Below are positions 12,847-25,660 of a stretch of 64,000 nt of DNA, piece by piece. The stretch is from Hypanus sabinus (taxonomy: Eukaryota): positions 46,624,001 through 46,688,000 of the forward strand of contig NC_082719.1 of assembly GCF_030144855.1 (NCBI RefSeq). Direction: 5' to 3'. Below the pieces are notes generated by a model. It had not been told where the DNA came from and searched no databases. It saw only the letters and a list, made by a program, of their open reading frames with translations. Numbering within the stretch: the stretch's first letter is position 1; every line of letters begins with the position of its first letter. The translations under genes were made by a program, and so were the position numbers.

Positions 12847-13742
12847 GACAGTCCCACCACTGAAAATCTTTACGACTGCTTCCATTGTGTCCATGACTCT
12901 ACTCTTAAGTAAACTTTACCTTGTAGGATACACTTCATTCTCAAATTGCCCTTTTTCACATCTCTTTTTGCAATAGAGTTGGTCACATGATTTTGTGAAT
13001 TTTCTTAATCAATCATTCTGATCGAGTTTAATTGTCACTCAACCATACATGAATACCCATCAATATAGTCAAACAAAACAGCATTCCTCTAGGGCCAAGG
13101 GGCAAAACACAGTATCAACTGTTATTCACAGCACAAGGCACATATATGATAGCAGTAAACATATAGTCACACAAAAAAATACATAGTCCAAGTTCCTGAG
13201 CAACATGATGCATAGGTGTTGCCAAAAGAACAAGTAGTTCTCAGTAATTTGCAGGTAAGCAATCCAGCTTGCCTTCCTCTGAGCGAACACTGGTGGGTGG
13301 CACTGACGGGAGGGGCCAGATGCCAATGTAGCATAGACGCCATGTCATACTGGACTGCTGCACCAGGCAAGCCCGCAGCATAAGGCCTAGTCCTTGTTAT
13401 AACCGAGACCATGTAGCTCGCTCGCGGTTGGTCTCATTAATAAAACCAGTGAACTGGACTTGCAGTATTTTGCATTACCAGTGTCCAACAGGGTCTTGTG
13501 ATTGCAAGAAAACATCAAAGGCAATCACTTGCTGTTAAGACTGCACAGTGCTTTTGTGCAATGGCTTAGAAGCCTTTCTGCAGCAGGCAGCAACACAGTA
13601 AGGCCCACCAAGCTCCTCTGCCAACCAGCAACCCACTGACAGGAGTAGACCTGCAGTACTTTAAGTTCTTAATGTCTAGTATTGTAAAAAAGACAGCCAA
13701 ATGTGCATGAACACACAAATGATCAAGGTTTGTAAATTTAGT

Positions 13743-16700
13743 TTTATTGTGTGATCCATATGACAATCAAAAGACAGAACATTTAAGAGATGCAACTACC
13801 ACCATGCAATTCACAAGTCAAGGGTAAGTTAACAGACAAAAAAGGAACCTAAGATTTAGAACAAAATACATAACACAGTGCATGTCCTTACATTAACTTA
13901 AACCTTAGAACTGAACCTGAGGAATACTATGAACATTGAATTTGAAGGTCATTATTCATGCAGTGCAAAACCAAACCACAGAAAACTAATCTTTCTGCAA
14001 GTCTGGCAGAAAAATCTTAACCCAATGTTCAGAGTATGTTTCTTCTTTACACAACTTTCAAGGCATTAAATTGCAATGATAAATTAATTTTAAATAATAT
14101 ACATGACTTACGACAAAGAGGCAAATTGTCTACCATCACTAATGAATGTGCATTTTAAAAAAATCACCTCGTCACATTAAACAAACTAGCCAAGGCAATA
14201 TTTGAAATTTGATATCCATTTCAAAGTTGATATCTTACTGTAGTAATGCTCAATTAATTTAAAATACATCAGAATATTTTATATCTGTTTTGATTGTGTG
14301 GTCTTAAGGCTAAGTAAAGCAAAGTTCACATTTTGTTGTCTACTTAGACATAACCTTTGACAAAACAAAACAGATATTAAGTCAAATGTGAAATCCAAAT
14401 ATATGATATAACTTAGCAGTTTTATTCCAAAACTGAATACACACAATAATTAGTGAAGAAACACACTATTACTTTATCAACTGATATTTGCCGGATGGTG
14501 CAACCTTTCATTAATTTGCATCATTTGTTTCTAATTTTGCACAGAATGTGTAGCAACGACAAAACGTTTGTCGTGCACAAAAATATCCATGTAATACTCT
14601 ACCTCATGCAGCTGGACAACAATACAGACAGGAAAACCAGACTACACAACACACCTCCCAGAGAGGACAGACAACAGCTATCATTGACTAAAATACCACA
14701 AAGCAATTATGTACTTTGAAACCTCCAAGTTTTGAACATTCAAGGATTGTTTATGACAAATACAGAACACATGGCACAGAGAATGAATTATCTCATCACA
14801 CCAAGCTGAAAATGGAGACAGCAGAAACTGGATGCTCAAATCATACTTTTAAATATTTCATTCTACTACTTTTGTGTTCAACATTGATTTACTCAGTCTA
14901 CAGACTGGAATATTGCAAAACAAGCAGGATGCTGGACTTGTGCATATGAGTTTGTTCAATTATTCTTACCTTTTATACCTCACTATTTGCTAAAATCCAC
15001 ATTCATAATCAGTATTAGAGCCAAATCTAGATGCTTTGTGGTGAAAAGTCAACGATAAAACTGGATTACTAAAATGCCCTTTACATTGTGTGTGTGTGTG
15101 TAGTTTATATCATAACTAATATTTAATTAAAGACAAGTTTTGATCGGAATGCTATTAAAAGTTATTGAAATATGGGTTACGTATTGCAGATGATGGAGTT
15201 TAATGCAAAGAAAGCATCATACTAACATCTGTGAATAAACTTAACAAGATGATCTTCCAGGAGATGAAAATGTAAAATCCTACATGCAGGTCACATTGGT
15301 TATCTGACCTACATAAAGTGTGATAACTATATAATTATAGATAATAGAGGTAAAATTAACTTCAACTTGCATTAGGAAATAAATAAAATAACTGTTAAAA
15401 TAACAGTTCTTTAGCAATTATGTGATGCAAGATTAACTTTTGATTCAACAATACTGCTGAAATGAATCCAACAAAAAAACTTTAGAAATTAGAAATTAAC
15501 TAGAAATTAACTAGAATTGGCTACATGTTCATTAAAAATCAATGAAATTCAAGCGGCATGTCTAAATATACAATTAAGTAATCCAGGTAAATATCAAATA
15601 TAAGCTGCTGATCCTGATAAGATGGTGTTCAGTAACAAAATAAAGTCAGCATTTTATCTAATCCTTTCTCTGTAATCACAAGATCTTACTTGTCCATGGC
15701 AAATTGCAAGACAGAGGAGGGAAAAGGGGAAAAGTATACAGGTAGTAGCTATCTATTTCAATGGATACAAAATAGTGAATTATAGAAATTTTTTCCTCAG
15801 TGGAATTATTTTAGAACAAGTTATGTAAAAGTACTACATACCAGAAACGCTCTCCCCCGCACTCTGTCTTATTTGGGATGCAAAGATTGTTGTTTCGGAC
15901 ATTAAAAAGATTGGAAATGCTTGTTGAATATTAAATCCATTAGAAAGTCACTAACACAAGCATATACTGCAGATGTAGCCAGGCACAGAAAATACAACAC
16001 TTCTTCCACTCTGAAATTTGATTTGAATATTAGGCAAAGAGAAAAGCATATGCAAGGCCATAATTTGGGATAGACAAGTTCAGAAGCAAGTGCCAAAAAG
16101 GCATTAGTCAAATCTTTCAACAAGTCATTGCATGTGCAAATTACACCCATCAGAGTGAATAAGAAAAAGTACAAATGGGACTTGAAATTTGTTCCATTCC
16201 TAATGGCAGTACACTGAAGAACAGGGCTGATGGCAAATTGTAACATTTGATGAGACGACATGTTGGTGATCAATTTTAATTTTGGCAAATAATGGCAATT
16301 ACAAGAGTAGCACCAGCACCATGTTTAACACTATTTCAATGCAGTATGCTTTAGCATTTGAAATTTTTAAAATTAATTCTGCATTTTATTCAGTGCCTTG
16401 ACCAAAGAATCACCCTGGGTTGCTTCTGTGGATTTATTTGGCACATGAGTATGTCACTTTTGCTTCTGCAGTACTTCTCTCAGTATCATTCTACATGAAG
16501 AACCTAACACAAAGAGAACCAGTCACAAAGGGAATGCTTCAAAATATCTGTCTGGGTTATGGCAACAAATGTAAAATATCCAAAAGGGGGAAGAATGGCA
16601 AATCCATATAAAGGTTTAATCAGTGCTCATTCAATTAAATGAAACAGTGAAATTTAGGAATTAGTACTCTGTTAGAACAAAGACATTAATGTAATGCTCA

Positions 16701-17061
16701 TAACAATCAGAATTTAAATTAAAAATAATAAGTTACCTATATATATATTCAAAATGTCAAAAGTCAGCCCAGTAATGTAAAGTGACAAATTTCAAGTCCA
16801 GCCAAACCAGTTGTTAACATGTATTGTGTTGGCGTTCTAGCAGGGAATTTATACTAACATGGATTTGCACAGTGTTTGTGTCTACTGTGTATGCAACAAA
16901 ACTGATTAACACTTCTTCTTTCATTAAACACACAATCCAACCTCTTCATGTCTTTGCAAGACCGTAACAGCATGATTTTGCAAAGTTGGATATTTCAAAG
17001 CTTGAAGTCCCATTCTTAGCTGAAAGTACTTCTTTGGAATTCGTGTTCCTGTATTAACTGT
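13743..17061 (-). other. atp8a1: Probable long atp8a1 3'UTR with candidate polyA signals at 16385-16390, 14421-14426 and 13743-13748
   Basis: About 3.3 kb downstream of the stop codon, AT-rich, with no recognisable TE. TTTATT on + equals AATAAA on -. The true 3' end is not known. Confidence 0.45.
15087..15101. repeat. (TG)n microsatellite
   Basis: tgtgtgtgtgtgtgt. Confidence 0.8.
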
Positions 17062-17159
17062 TTACCAGTCATCCTGTCTTTGCTTGGTGGTGTCATAGGC
17101 CCTGACCACTTCAGACTGTGACACAATGCCATTCTCGTCTTGGGAAAAGGCATAACCAT
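17062..17159 (-). CDS. atp8a1: Phospholipid-transporting ATPase IA, last coding exon
   Basis: ttttatag|AT GGT TAT GCC TTT... gives (H)[31 protein letters not shown], the ATP8A1 C-terminus with the GYAFS motif. 98 nt. Confidence 0.96.
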
Positions 17160-17945
17160 CTATAAAAATAAAGTGGCACATTATGCATAGGAATTCATTA
17201 AAACGGAAAAGGATGGATTAATGATGCATCTTGTGGGTATTGTCAGTGTATTATCAATAATTAAAAAATCACTTTCTCAGCAGGCAATACAGAAGCAGAT
17301 GGCACTTAGTCATAGAAGATAGATTGGAGTTTAGAGTAGTTAATTCTATTTACTTTCCTGAAGGTTAGCAGACATGAAAATTAAAAGACAAGATGAACTA
17401 TCATTTCATTTAAAAGTTTGTCTGTTTTAATTTACAAGGAATCATTTTTAATATAATCTTGTTAACATGAAAATAGCATCTGGAAGTGACTAGGAACAGC
17501 TGTTTTTTTAAGGCTTCGTATTCATAATACAGCATTTGTTTTTAAGGTAAAATGCAGTCAGATAAACTGTGATAAAATATAAATCAGAGAACTCCTAATA
17601 TGCAATAAGAATGATGCTTACACCTTAGTATGAATAGATTTATTTCTTAATGATGATGAAGATTTGCTCGTACCTCACCAGGTGTTCAGTTAAGCTGTAG
17701 GCACTGAACACGTACATCTACTCATGTAACTCTACTCCTCTCATTGTACCTGCTAAGGTCAGAAATGAGAGAGAAATCTTTCATTCTGCCTACCTGCTTG
17801 TAACACAGCTGACTGTGAAAAAGAGGGGAGAAAACAGGAGCTAAATAGAAGCACAAAGCTAACTTAAATCATAGAGATTTAAATCTAATTCCTAATCCTG
17901 TGCTGGACTTACAAAATGGAGGCATTGAGTAAGAAAGATACTCAC

Positions 17946-18037
17946 GTAATGAACTTTGTTGCAATGAATCAGAACGGTGCAGGTTGAAAGTATTTTTCTT
18001 AAAAACATTCTTCAAGAGTTGAGCTCTTTCACTTAAA
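17946..18037 (-). CDS. atp8a1: ATP8A1 penultimate coding exon
   Basis: aaaag|T TTA AGT GAA... gives (S)LSERAQLLKNVFKKNTFNLHRSDSLQQSSL(H), donor C|gtgagt. 92 nt, phases 2 to 1. Confidence 0.95.
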
Positions 18038-21000
18038 CTTTTCAGAAAACAGACAGAATGATTTGAAATACTTCAGGGTAAGATCATTATTAATTACCTT
18101 TCAAAAATGTGACTTTCTTACAAACATACTTTTAAATTTATAAATGTCAATTTGCTAAATCTTCACTAAACATGAAAAAACTAGTTTTTAAATAATTTTA
18201 TCAACCAACATTTAGCCAGTATAATGTGCCTAAATTCCCAGATTCTAAATTATATTAAACTATACAACAGCATTGTTGACCTGATATTCTTCACAAGTAT
18301 ACTGTTACCTGTATATATATTTAAAAAGAGAGAAAATCACTTGTACATTTAAGCGAAGTACTGAGATACATTACAGCACCCTTGGGCTGAAGACACTCAA
18401 TATGCTGAGTCCTCACTTCAAAGTTTTAATGTTCAAGTTGTACTTCACTTTTGGATAAAGTATAAACTTATATTTGTTTTAGTTCTAGCCACATTTCAAG
18501 CTCGAGGGCTTCACGAGGCAATGTGAAAGTTAAAATAGGTGCAGATTGGTAACACCATCAAATTACACTGACAAAGCTGAAGGAATCCCAGCATCAACGA
18601 GCCTGTTTTTAAATGCTTGACCAACTTTTTTTCGAACATGAGGAATAAAAGCGTCAGGAAAGTTAGAGTTTGTAAGTATTGTAGACTGCTATATAATAAC
18701 AGATAGGCTGAAATGTCAGAACATGTGCTGGTGTTGCTTTGAAGCCATTTCGTGTGGAGAGTATTTCAGTCAAATCCAAGGTTTGAATCAGATTTCATAT
18801 TTTAAGAGTTAAAAAGGATTGCATATCACAAACTCATTGTGGTATGTGAAACTAAATGTGCAAATGTATAGAATATATTTCATATTTGATTTACTGAAAG
18901 AATATTGCAGTGATAAAGTTTCAAACTGCACCATCTTACTAGTATATCATCTTCCAAAGAAAATGTATTCTACATTCTGTTACAATTGTATGCAAGTCCA
19001 CCGTACTTTCTGTAAAGCATTTGTTTTAAGTTGTAGACTATTTGTGATGGGGTAATTAACAGAAGGAAAAAAGTAAATAAAATGAAAGTAGGATCTGACC
19101 AGGTTGCTTTGTATACTAGGGCAATCACAGTTGCACTTGTGCAAATGATTACAAATGCACTGAAGGATGCTAATAGGTTCAGTTTTTGTGTTCACAGCAC
19201 GAACCGTGAAAACAGTGCAGTTTCTCTGGGCAACTCATGCTGATACAATGGAGTTTCTATCTGCTGACAATATTTCCCGTTGATTCCCAGAATGTTTCTT
19301 GCATTAAGTATTTAGAATATTGAGCTTCATTTGGATGAAAACTAGCTTGGGAGCAAATAGTGATAAAAGATAGCTGCAAATACACCAGTTCAAATATACT
19401 TAAGTGACAGCACAGGGTGAAGCTGAATAGGCAAAATGATAAACAAAATTAAAATTCCTCATCAGGAACTAATAGAAAAAGGGAATTTTATTTTTTTCAC
19501 TTCTATTGCAAGCTGAGTTTGTTTACAGATTAACATAGATTACTTTTGAAATGCATTCAATCATTTCCAAATTACCTCCTAGGGGTGTGATAAGACACTA
19601 CATAAATGCAAGATATTTTTGTCAACATAACAGAATGCCACAAGTGAAAGCAAAGAAGAGGGATTAAACCAAAACACAAATGATGGACTGTGTGCTCCTT
19701 GTTAATTGGTTTCTGGAGGTACGAATGGTGTGTGCAGAAGGCGGTGATTAAGTGGAATAAAAGCATAAAATATGGAACATATGAGGTAATTGAGGCACTT
19801 AAGTATCAGTCCATTATTTAAGATTCTGTAATGGTTATATTAGTAATATTCCAAAATTAAGGCTAGCGAACAGAATAGGTGGCCAGTACAAATGAGCCAG
19901 GATCCCTGGAGTAGTTACAACCTACATACGAAACATTACTGCTGCTACATAAAATGTCACTTTCAGTTTATCACTTACTCAAAACAGCATGACAAAGATA
20001 CATTATGTTTGGTCAGTCTGTTAAAATTTAGGGGTGATAGGGGACTCTATAGTTAGGGGGTCAGACAGGTGATTCTGTGGACACAGGAAAGAAACGAGGA
20101 TGGTAGTTTGTCTCCCAGGTGCCAGGGATCAGGATGTTTCTGATTGCATCCGCGACATTCTGAAGTGGGAAGGTGAACAGCCAAAGGTCGTGAGACATAT
20201 TGATACCAATGGCATAGACAGGAAAAGGGAGGAGGTCCTGAAAACAGACTACAGGGAGTTAGGAAAGAAGCTGAGAAGCAGGACCTCAAAGGTAGTAATC
20301 TTAGGATTATTGACTGTGCCACACGACAGTGAGTATAGGAATAGAGTGAGGTGGAGGATAAATGCGTAGCTGAGGGATTGGAGCAAGGGAAAGGGATTCA
20401 GGTTTCTGGATCATTGGGACCTCTTTTGGGGCAGGAGTGACCTGTACAAAAAGGACGGGCTGCAGTTGAATCTGAGGGAAACCAATATCCTGGCGGGGAG
20501 GTTTACTAAGGCTATTGAGGAAAGTTTAAACTAGAATTGTTGGTGGGAGGGAGGTGGGTGGGAACAGAATTGAAGAGACAGAGGAAGGGGTGGTTGGCTC
20601 ATAAATCAAGAAAGCTTGTAGACAGTGTGAGAGGGAGGATAGGTAAGTGATAGAGAAGGAATGCACTCAGACCAATGGTATAAGATGTGTCTATTTCAAT
20701 GCAAGGAGTATCATGAACAAAGCTGATGAGCTTAGAGTGTGGACCTGTACTTGGAACTATGATGTTGTAGCCATTACAGAGACTTGGATGGCTCAGGGGC
20801 AGGAATGGCTACTTAGAGTGCCAGGCTTTAGATGTTTCAGAAAGGACAGGAAGGGAGGCAAAAGAGGAGGGGGCGTGGCACCGCTGATCAGAGATAGTGT
20901 CACGGCTGCAGAAAAGGAGGAAGTCATGGAGGGATTGTCTACTCTGTGGGTGGAAGTTGGCATCAAGGAGCAGATAGGAAGAAAGATTCTGGAAAGATGC

Positions 21001-23138
21001 AATAATAATAGGTCTGTTATGGTGTGAGATTTTAATTTCCCTAATATCAATTGGCATCTTTCTAGAGCAAGGGGTTTAGATGGGTTGGAGTTGTTAGGTG
21101 TGTTGAGGAAGGTTTCTTGACAAAATATGTGGATAAGCCTACGACAGTAGACGCTGTACTTGATCTGGTATTGGGAAATGAACCTGGTCAAGTGTCAGAT
21201 CTTTCAGTGGGAGAGCATTTAGGAGATAGTGATCACAATTCTATCTCTTTTACCATAGCTTTGGAGAGAGGGAGGAACAGGCAAGTTAAGAAAGTGTTTA
21301 ACTGGAGTAAGGGGAAATATGAGACTATCAGGCAGGAACTTAGAAGCATAAATTGGGATCAAATGTTCTCAGGGAATTGTATGGCAGAAATGTGGCAAAT
21401 GTTCAGCGGATATTTGCATGGTGTTCTGCATAGGTACGTTCCAATAAGACAGGGGAAAGATGGTAGGATACAGTAACCATGATGTACAAAGGCTGTTGAA
21501 AATCTAGTCAAGAAGTGTACGAAAGCATCAAAAAACTAGATAATGACAGAGATCTAGAAAATTATAAGGCTAGCAGGAAGGAGCTTAAGAATAAAATTAG
21601 GAGAGCCAGAAGGGGTTATGAGAAGGCCTTGGCGAACAGGATTAAGGAAAACCCCAAGGCATTCTACAAGGGCAAGAGGGTAAGACGTGAGGGAATAGGA
21701 CCAACCTCAAGTGTGACAGTGGAAAAGTGTGTATGGAACCGGAGGAGATAGCAGAGGTTTAATGAGTACTTTGCTTCAGAATTCACTACGGAAAAGAACC
21801 TTGGCAATTGTAGGGATGACTTACAGCAGACGGAAAAACTTGAGCATATAGACATTAAGAAAGAGGATGTGCTGGAGATTTTGGAAAGCATCAAGTTGCA
21901 TAATCACCGGGACTGGATGAGATATATGCCAGGCTAGTGTGGGAGGTGAGAGAGGAAATAGCAGAGGTACTTAGTGAATACTTTATATTCACTATGGAAA
22001 AGGATCTTGGTGATTGCAGTGATGACTTGCAGCAGACTGAAAAGTTTGAGCATGTAGATATTAAGAAAGAGGACGTGCTGGAGCTTTTGGAAAGGATCAA
22101 GTTGGATAAGTCCCCGGGACTGGACAGGATGCACCCCAGGCTACTGTGGGAGGCGAGGGAGGAGATTGCTGAGCCTCTGGCGATGATCTTTGCATCATCA
22201 GTGGGAATGAGAGAGGTTCCAGAGGATTGGAGGGTTGCAGATATTGTTCCCTTATTCAAGAAAGGAGTAGAGATAACCCAGGAAATTATAGACCAGTGAG
22301 TTTTACCTCAGTGGTTGGTAAGCTGTTGGAGAAGATCCTGAGAGGCAGGATTTATGAACATTTGGAGAGGCATAATATGATTATGAATAGTCAGCATGGC
22401 TTTGTCAAGGTCATGCCTTATGAATCTGATTGAATTTTTTGAGGATGTGACTAAACACATTGATGAAGGAAGAACAGTAGATGTGGTGTATATGGATTTC
22501 AGCAAGGCATTTGATAAGGTACCCCATGCAAGGCTTATTGAAAAAGTAAGGAGGCATGGGATCCAAGGGGACCTTGCTTTGTGGATCTATTATTGGATTG
22601 CACACAGAAGGCAAAGAGTGGTTGTAGATGTGTCATATTCTGCATGGAAGTTGGTGATCAGTGGTGTGCCTCAGGGATCTGTTCTGGGATCTCTACTCTT
22701 TGGGATTTTTATAAATGACCTAGATGAGGAACAGGAGGGATGTATTAGTAAATTTGCAGATGACACAAAGGTTGGAGGTGTTGTGGATAGTGTTGAGGGC
22801 TGTCAGAGGTTACAGCGGGACATTGATAGGATGCAAAACTGGGCTGAGAAGCGGCTGGTGGAGTTCAACCTAGATAAGTGTGAAGTGGTTCATTCTGATA
22901 GGTCAAATATGATGGCAGAATATAGTGTTAATGATAAGACTCTTGGCAATGTGGACGATCGGAGGGATCTTGGGGTCTGCGTCCATAGGACACTCAAAGC
23001 TGCTGAGCAGGTTGACTGTGCAGTTCAGAAGGCATACGGTGCATTGGCCTTCATCAACAGTGGGACTGAGTTCAAGAGATGAGAAGTAATGTTACAGCTA
23101 TATTATGACCCTAGTCAGAGCCCATTTGGAGTACTGTA

Positions 23139-24221
23139 CAGTCAGCCCTCCTTATCCGTGAGGGATTGGNNNNNNNNNNNNNNNNNNNNNNNNNNNNNNN
23201 NNNNNNNNNNNNNNNNNNNNNNNNNNNNNNNNNNNNNNNNNNNNNNNNNNNNNNNNNNNNNNNNNNNNNNNNNNNNNNNNNNNNNNNNNNNNNNNNNNNN
23301 NNNNNNNNNNNNNNNNNNNNNNNNNNNNNNNNNNNAGAAAATAAACTGTACATGCTCTTCGCGCTCACAGCACAAGCAGTGAACGAATGAGACACGAGGC
23401 GAACAATGATCAAACAATGAGTAAAACTTGTAATATCTGTACAGTAGTTGTTACACTGTCTTGTTTAGAGAAGAAGGACACCTTGGAAGAGGCTCAATAA
23501 TACTAAAGTCAGGAACTGTGGAGGTTGAGGGCTGAGGATCTACAAGCATTGAACATCGAGACTTCAGAATTGCAGATGCTTTAGTTGGAAACATTGTTAT
23601 AGGAAGCTGTCTCCCATGATCTTCACATTCTTGAGGCTGCAGTGCTTTACATAGCCAGCCATGCTTTACTAGCCTTAAGCTCTTTTCTGTCGCTCTCATC
23701 AACCCTGTCACAGTACTGCTTATAGAGACTAAGAGCTTTTTAAAGTATAATTTGGCCATCGACAGGGATATGCTTCTGTGACACGTCCTCTAGCCACACA
23801 CTTAATGCTTTCTCAGTCTTCGCAAGCACTTTATCAAGAACCAGCGAGTCCATTTTGGTTGTGGTAGGGGCAGCACTAACACTTCCATGAATTTCAGCTT
23901 CTTTCTGCTTTATTGTGCGAATTCTCTATTCATTCTTACCGACGTTATGGGCCACTTCGGAAAGCGACATGCCACTTTTCAAAAGATCTAATATTTCTAC
24001 TTTCTCGGTGAGAGATAGCACTCTTAGCCTTTGAGGAATTGCTTTGACCACCTAATTGCTTCTTAGGAGCCATTTTTTCACAGGAACTAAGTAGTGAATG
24101 AATGAGACGCGAGGTGAACAATGCTCTAGCAACGAGTGCTGGAAGAGCACTTCTGGGTTTTCTTGATTTGCAGTTGGTTGAATTCACGCACGCAGAACTC
24201 GCGGATAAGGAGGGCCAACTG
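23139..24221 (-). mobile_element. Tigger/pogo-family DNA transposon derivative nested in the CR1
   Basis: TA duplication at 23137-38 and 24222-23. TIRs CAGTCAGCCCTCCTTATCCG and (rc) CAGTTGGCCCTCCTTATCCG. From ATG 24073 on -, a broken CENP-B-type HTH: MAPKK...LSLTEKVEILDLLKSGMSLSEVAHNVGKNE*RIRTI...TEKALSVWLED. Removing it restores the CR1 sequence ggagtactgtactcagttctgg. Confidence 0.9.
23170..23335. other. Assembly gap (N run)
   Basis: Run of n inside the Tigger element. Confidence 1.
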
Positions 24222-24759
24222 TACTCAGTTCTGGTCACCTCACTACCGGAAGGATGTGAAAACTATAGAAAGGATGCAGTGGAGATTTACAAGGATGTGG
24301 CCTGGATTGGGGAGCATGCCTTATGAGAATAGATTGAGTGAACTCGGCCTTTTCTCCTTGGAGTGACAGAGGATGAAAGGTGACCCGATAGAGGTGTATA
24401 AGATGATGAGACACATTGATTGTGCGGATAGTCAGAGGCTTTTTTCCAGGTCTGAAATGGCTAGCACATGAGGGCACAGTTTTAAGATGCTTGGAGGTAG
24501 GTACAGAGGAGATGTCAGGGGTAATTTTTTTATTCAGAGAGTGGTGAGTGTGTGGAATGGGCTGCCGGAGACTGTGGTGGAGGCGTATACGATAGGGTCT
24601 TTTAAGAGGCTCTGGATAGGTACATGGAGCTTAAAAGAATAGAGGACTATGTGTAACCCTAGGTAATTTCTAAAGTAGGTACATGTTCGGCACAGCATTG
24701 TGGGCCGAAAGGCTTGTATTGTACTGTAGGTTTTCTGTTTCTATATTTTTATGTTGGTA

Positions 24760-25660
24760 ATGAGCAGAATAGTTGATAAGATGCATTTGGACTTGCAGGA
24801 GCTTTCTGCTTTGTGCCACACAAAGGATTATTGAACAATATCAGAGCACTGATATTGAAGATAATATATTGACACAAACTGAGGATTAATTAATGGTCAT
24901 AGATCAGTAGGAATAAATTAATCATTTTCAAATTGGGAGGCTGCAGCTGGTAGGTGACACACGGGTCAGAGCTAAGGTCTCAGCTGTTCAAAACGTATAT
25001 TAATAATCTATAAGAGAGGATCAAGTATAACATATCCAGACGCTGATGATATAAGGCTGGGGGTTGGGTTTGAGGAGGATGCAGTGGTGTTTCAGTGAAC
25101 ATTGACAGGTAAAGCCAATGGACAAGAATATGTCAAATGGACTGATTTCAGGGATGGTGGGTTTGTCATTTGAGAAAAGGTTAGGCAGACTGACTACACT
25201 CTATACTATTCTCAATTTTAGAAGCACAGGAGGCGATTTACTGAAAAGTGCAAGTTCCTTTTGGGACTTGCCAAGGGAGTACAAAGATAAGATTCTAGAC
25301 ATCCAAGCCAAGGGAAACACCAGGCATTGTAGCCTCAAAATAATAGACTGGCCATGCAGAATTAGAATCAGAATCAGGTTTAATATCACTGGCATATATC
25401 ATGAAACTTGTTGTTTTGCTGAAGCAGTACATTGCAATGCATAATAAAAAAAACTAAATTTTAATAAATACGCTCACACACAGGAATTCTAAAATCTGAT
25501 GGGGAAGCAGCTGTTACTGAAACATTGAGTGTATGAGTAACGAGAAGTTGACATCAGCATTATCACGGCATGAATGTGAATACCCAGTCCCTGAGAACAC
25601 TGAAGACAGAAATCACTGGATTTTTAGATATTGATAGATTCAGAGGATATGGAGTTTTGA
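24760..25660 (+). mobile_element. Old degraded CR1 RT remnant with a minus-strand Rex1-type 3' fragment inserted (about 25360-25560)
   Basis: Traces of RT motifs (gtatattaataatcta, gctgatgatataaggctggg, ggaggcgatttactgaaa). Rex tail agaatcagaatcaggtttaatatcactggcat. Confidence 0.55.

Larger units (their letters stand above)
20030..24752 (+). mobile_element. Long CR1 LINE remnant: ORF1 esterase, APE endonuclease and RT, interrupted by a Tigger insert
   Basis: VIGDSIVRG..VVCLPGAR..DTNGI (SGNH/GDSL esterase-like ORF1). CVYFNARSIMNK, YDVVAITETW, GGGVA, LDLVL, GDSDHN (APE). [28 protein letters not shown] (RT). CR1 3' tail at about 24750. Confidence 0.95.

Noticed and set aside
13020-13700. Possible repeat of unknown family with small ORFs
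   Set aside because: It looks like a minus-strand non-autonomous element with a Rex-like tail, but I could not define its ends or family well enough to call it.
15483-15518. Short tandem tagaaattaac repeats, and similar at 2841-2871 and 1382-1421, as arrays
   Set aside because: Two or three copies with no spacers, consistent with slippage; no CRISPR-like or other organised array was found in the window.
23089-23417. ORFs containing X runs
   Set aside because: Artefacts of the N gap.
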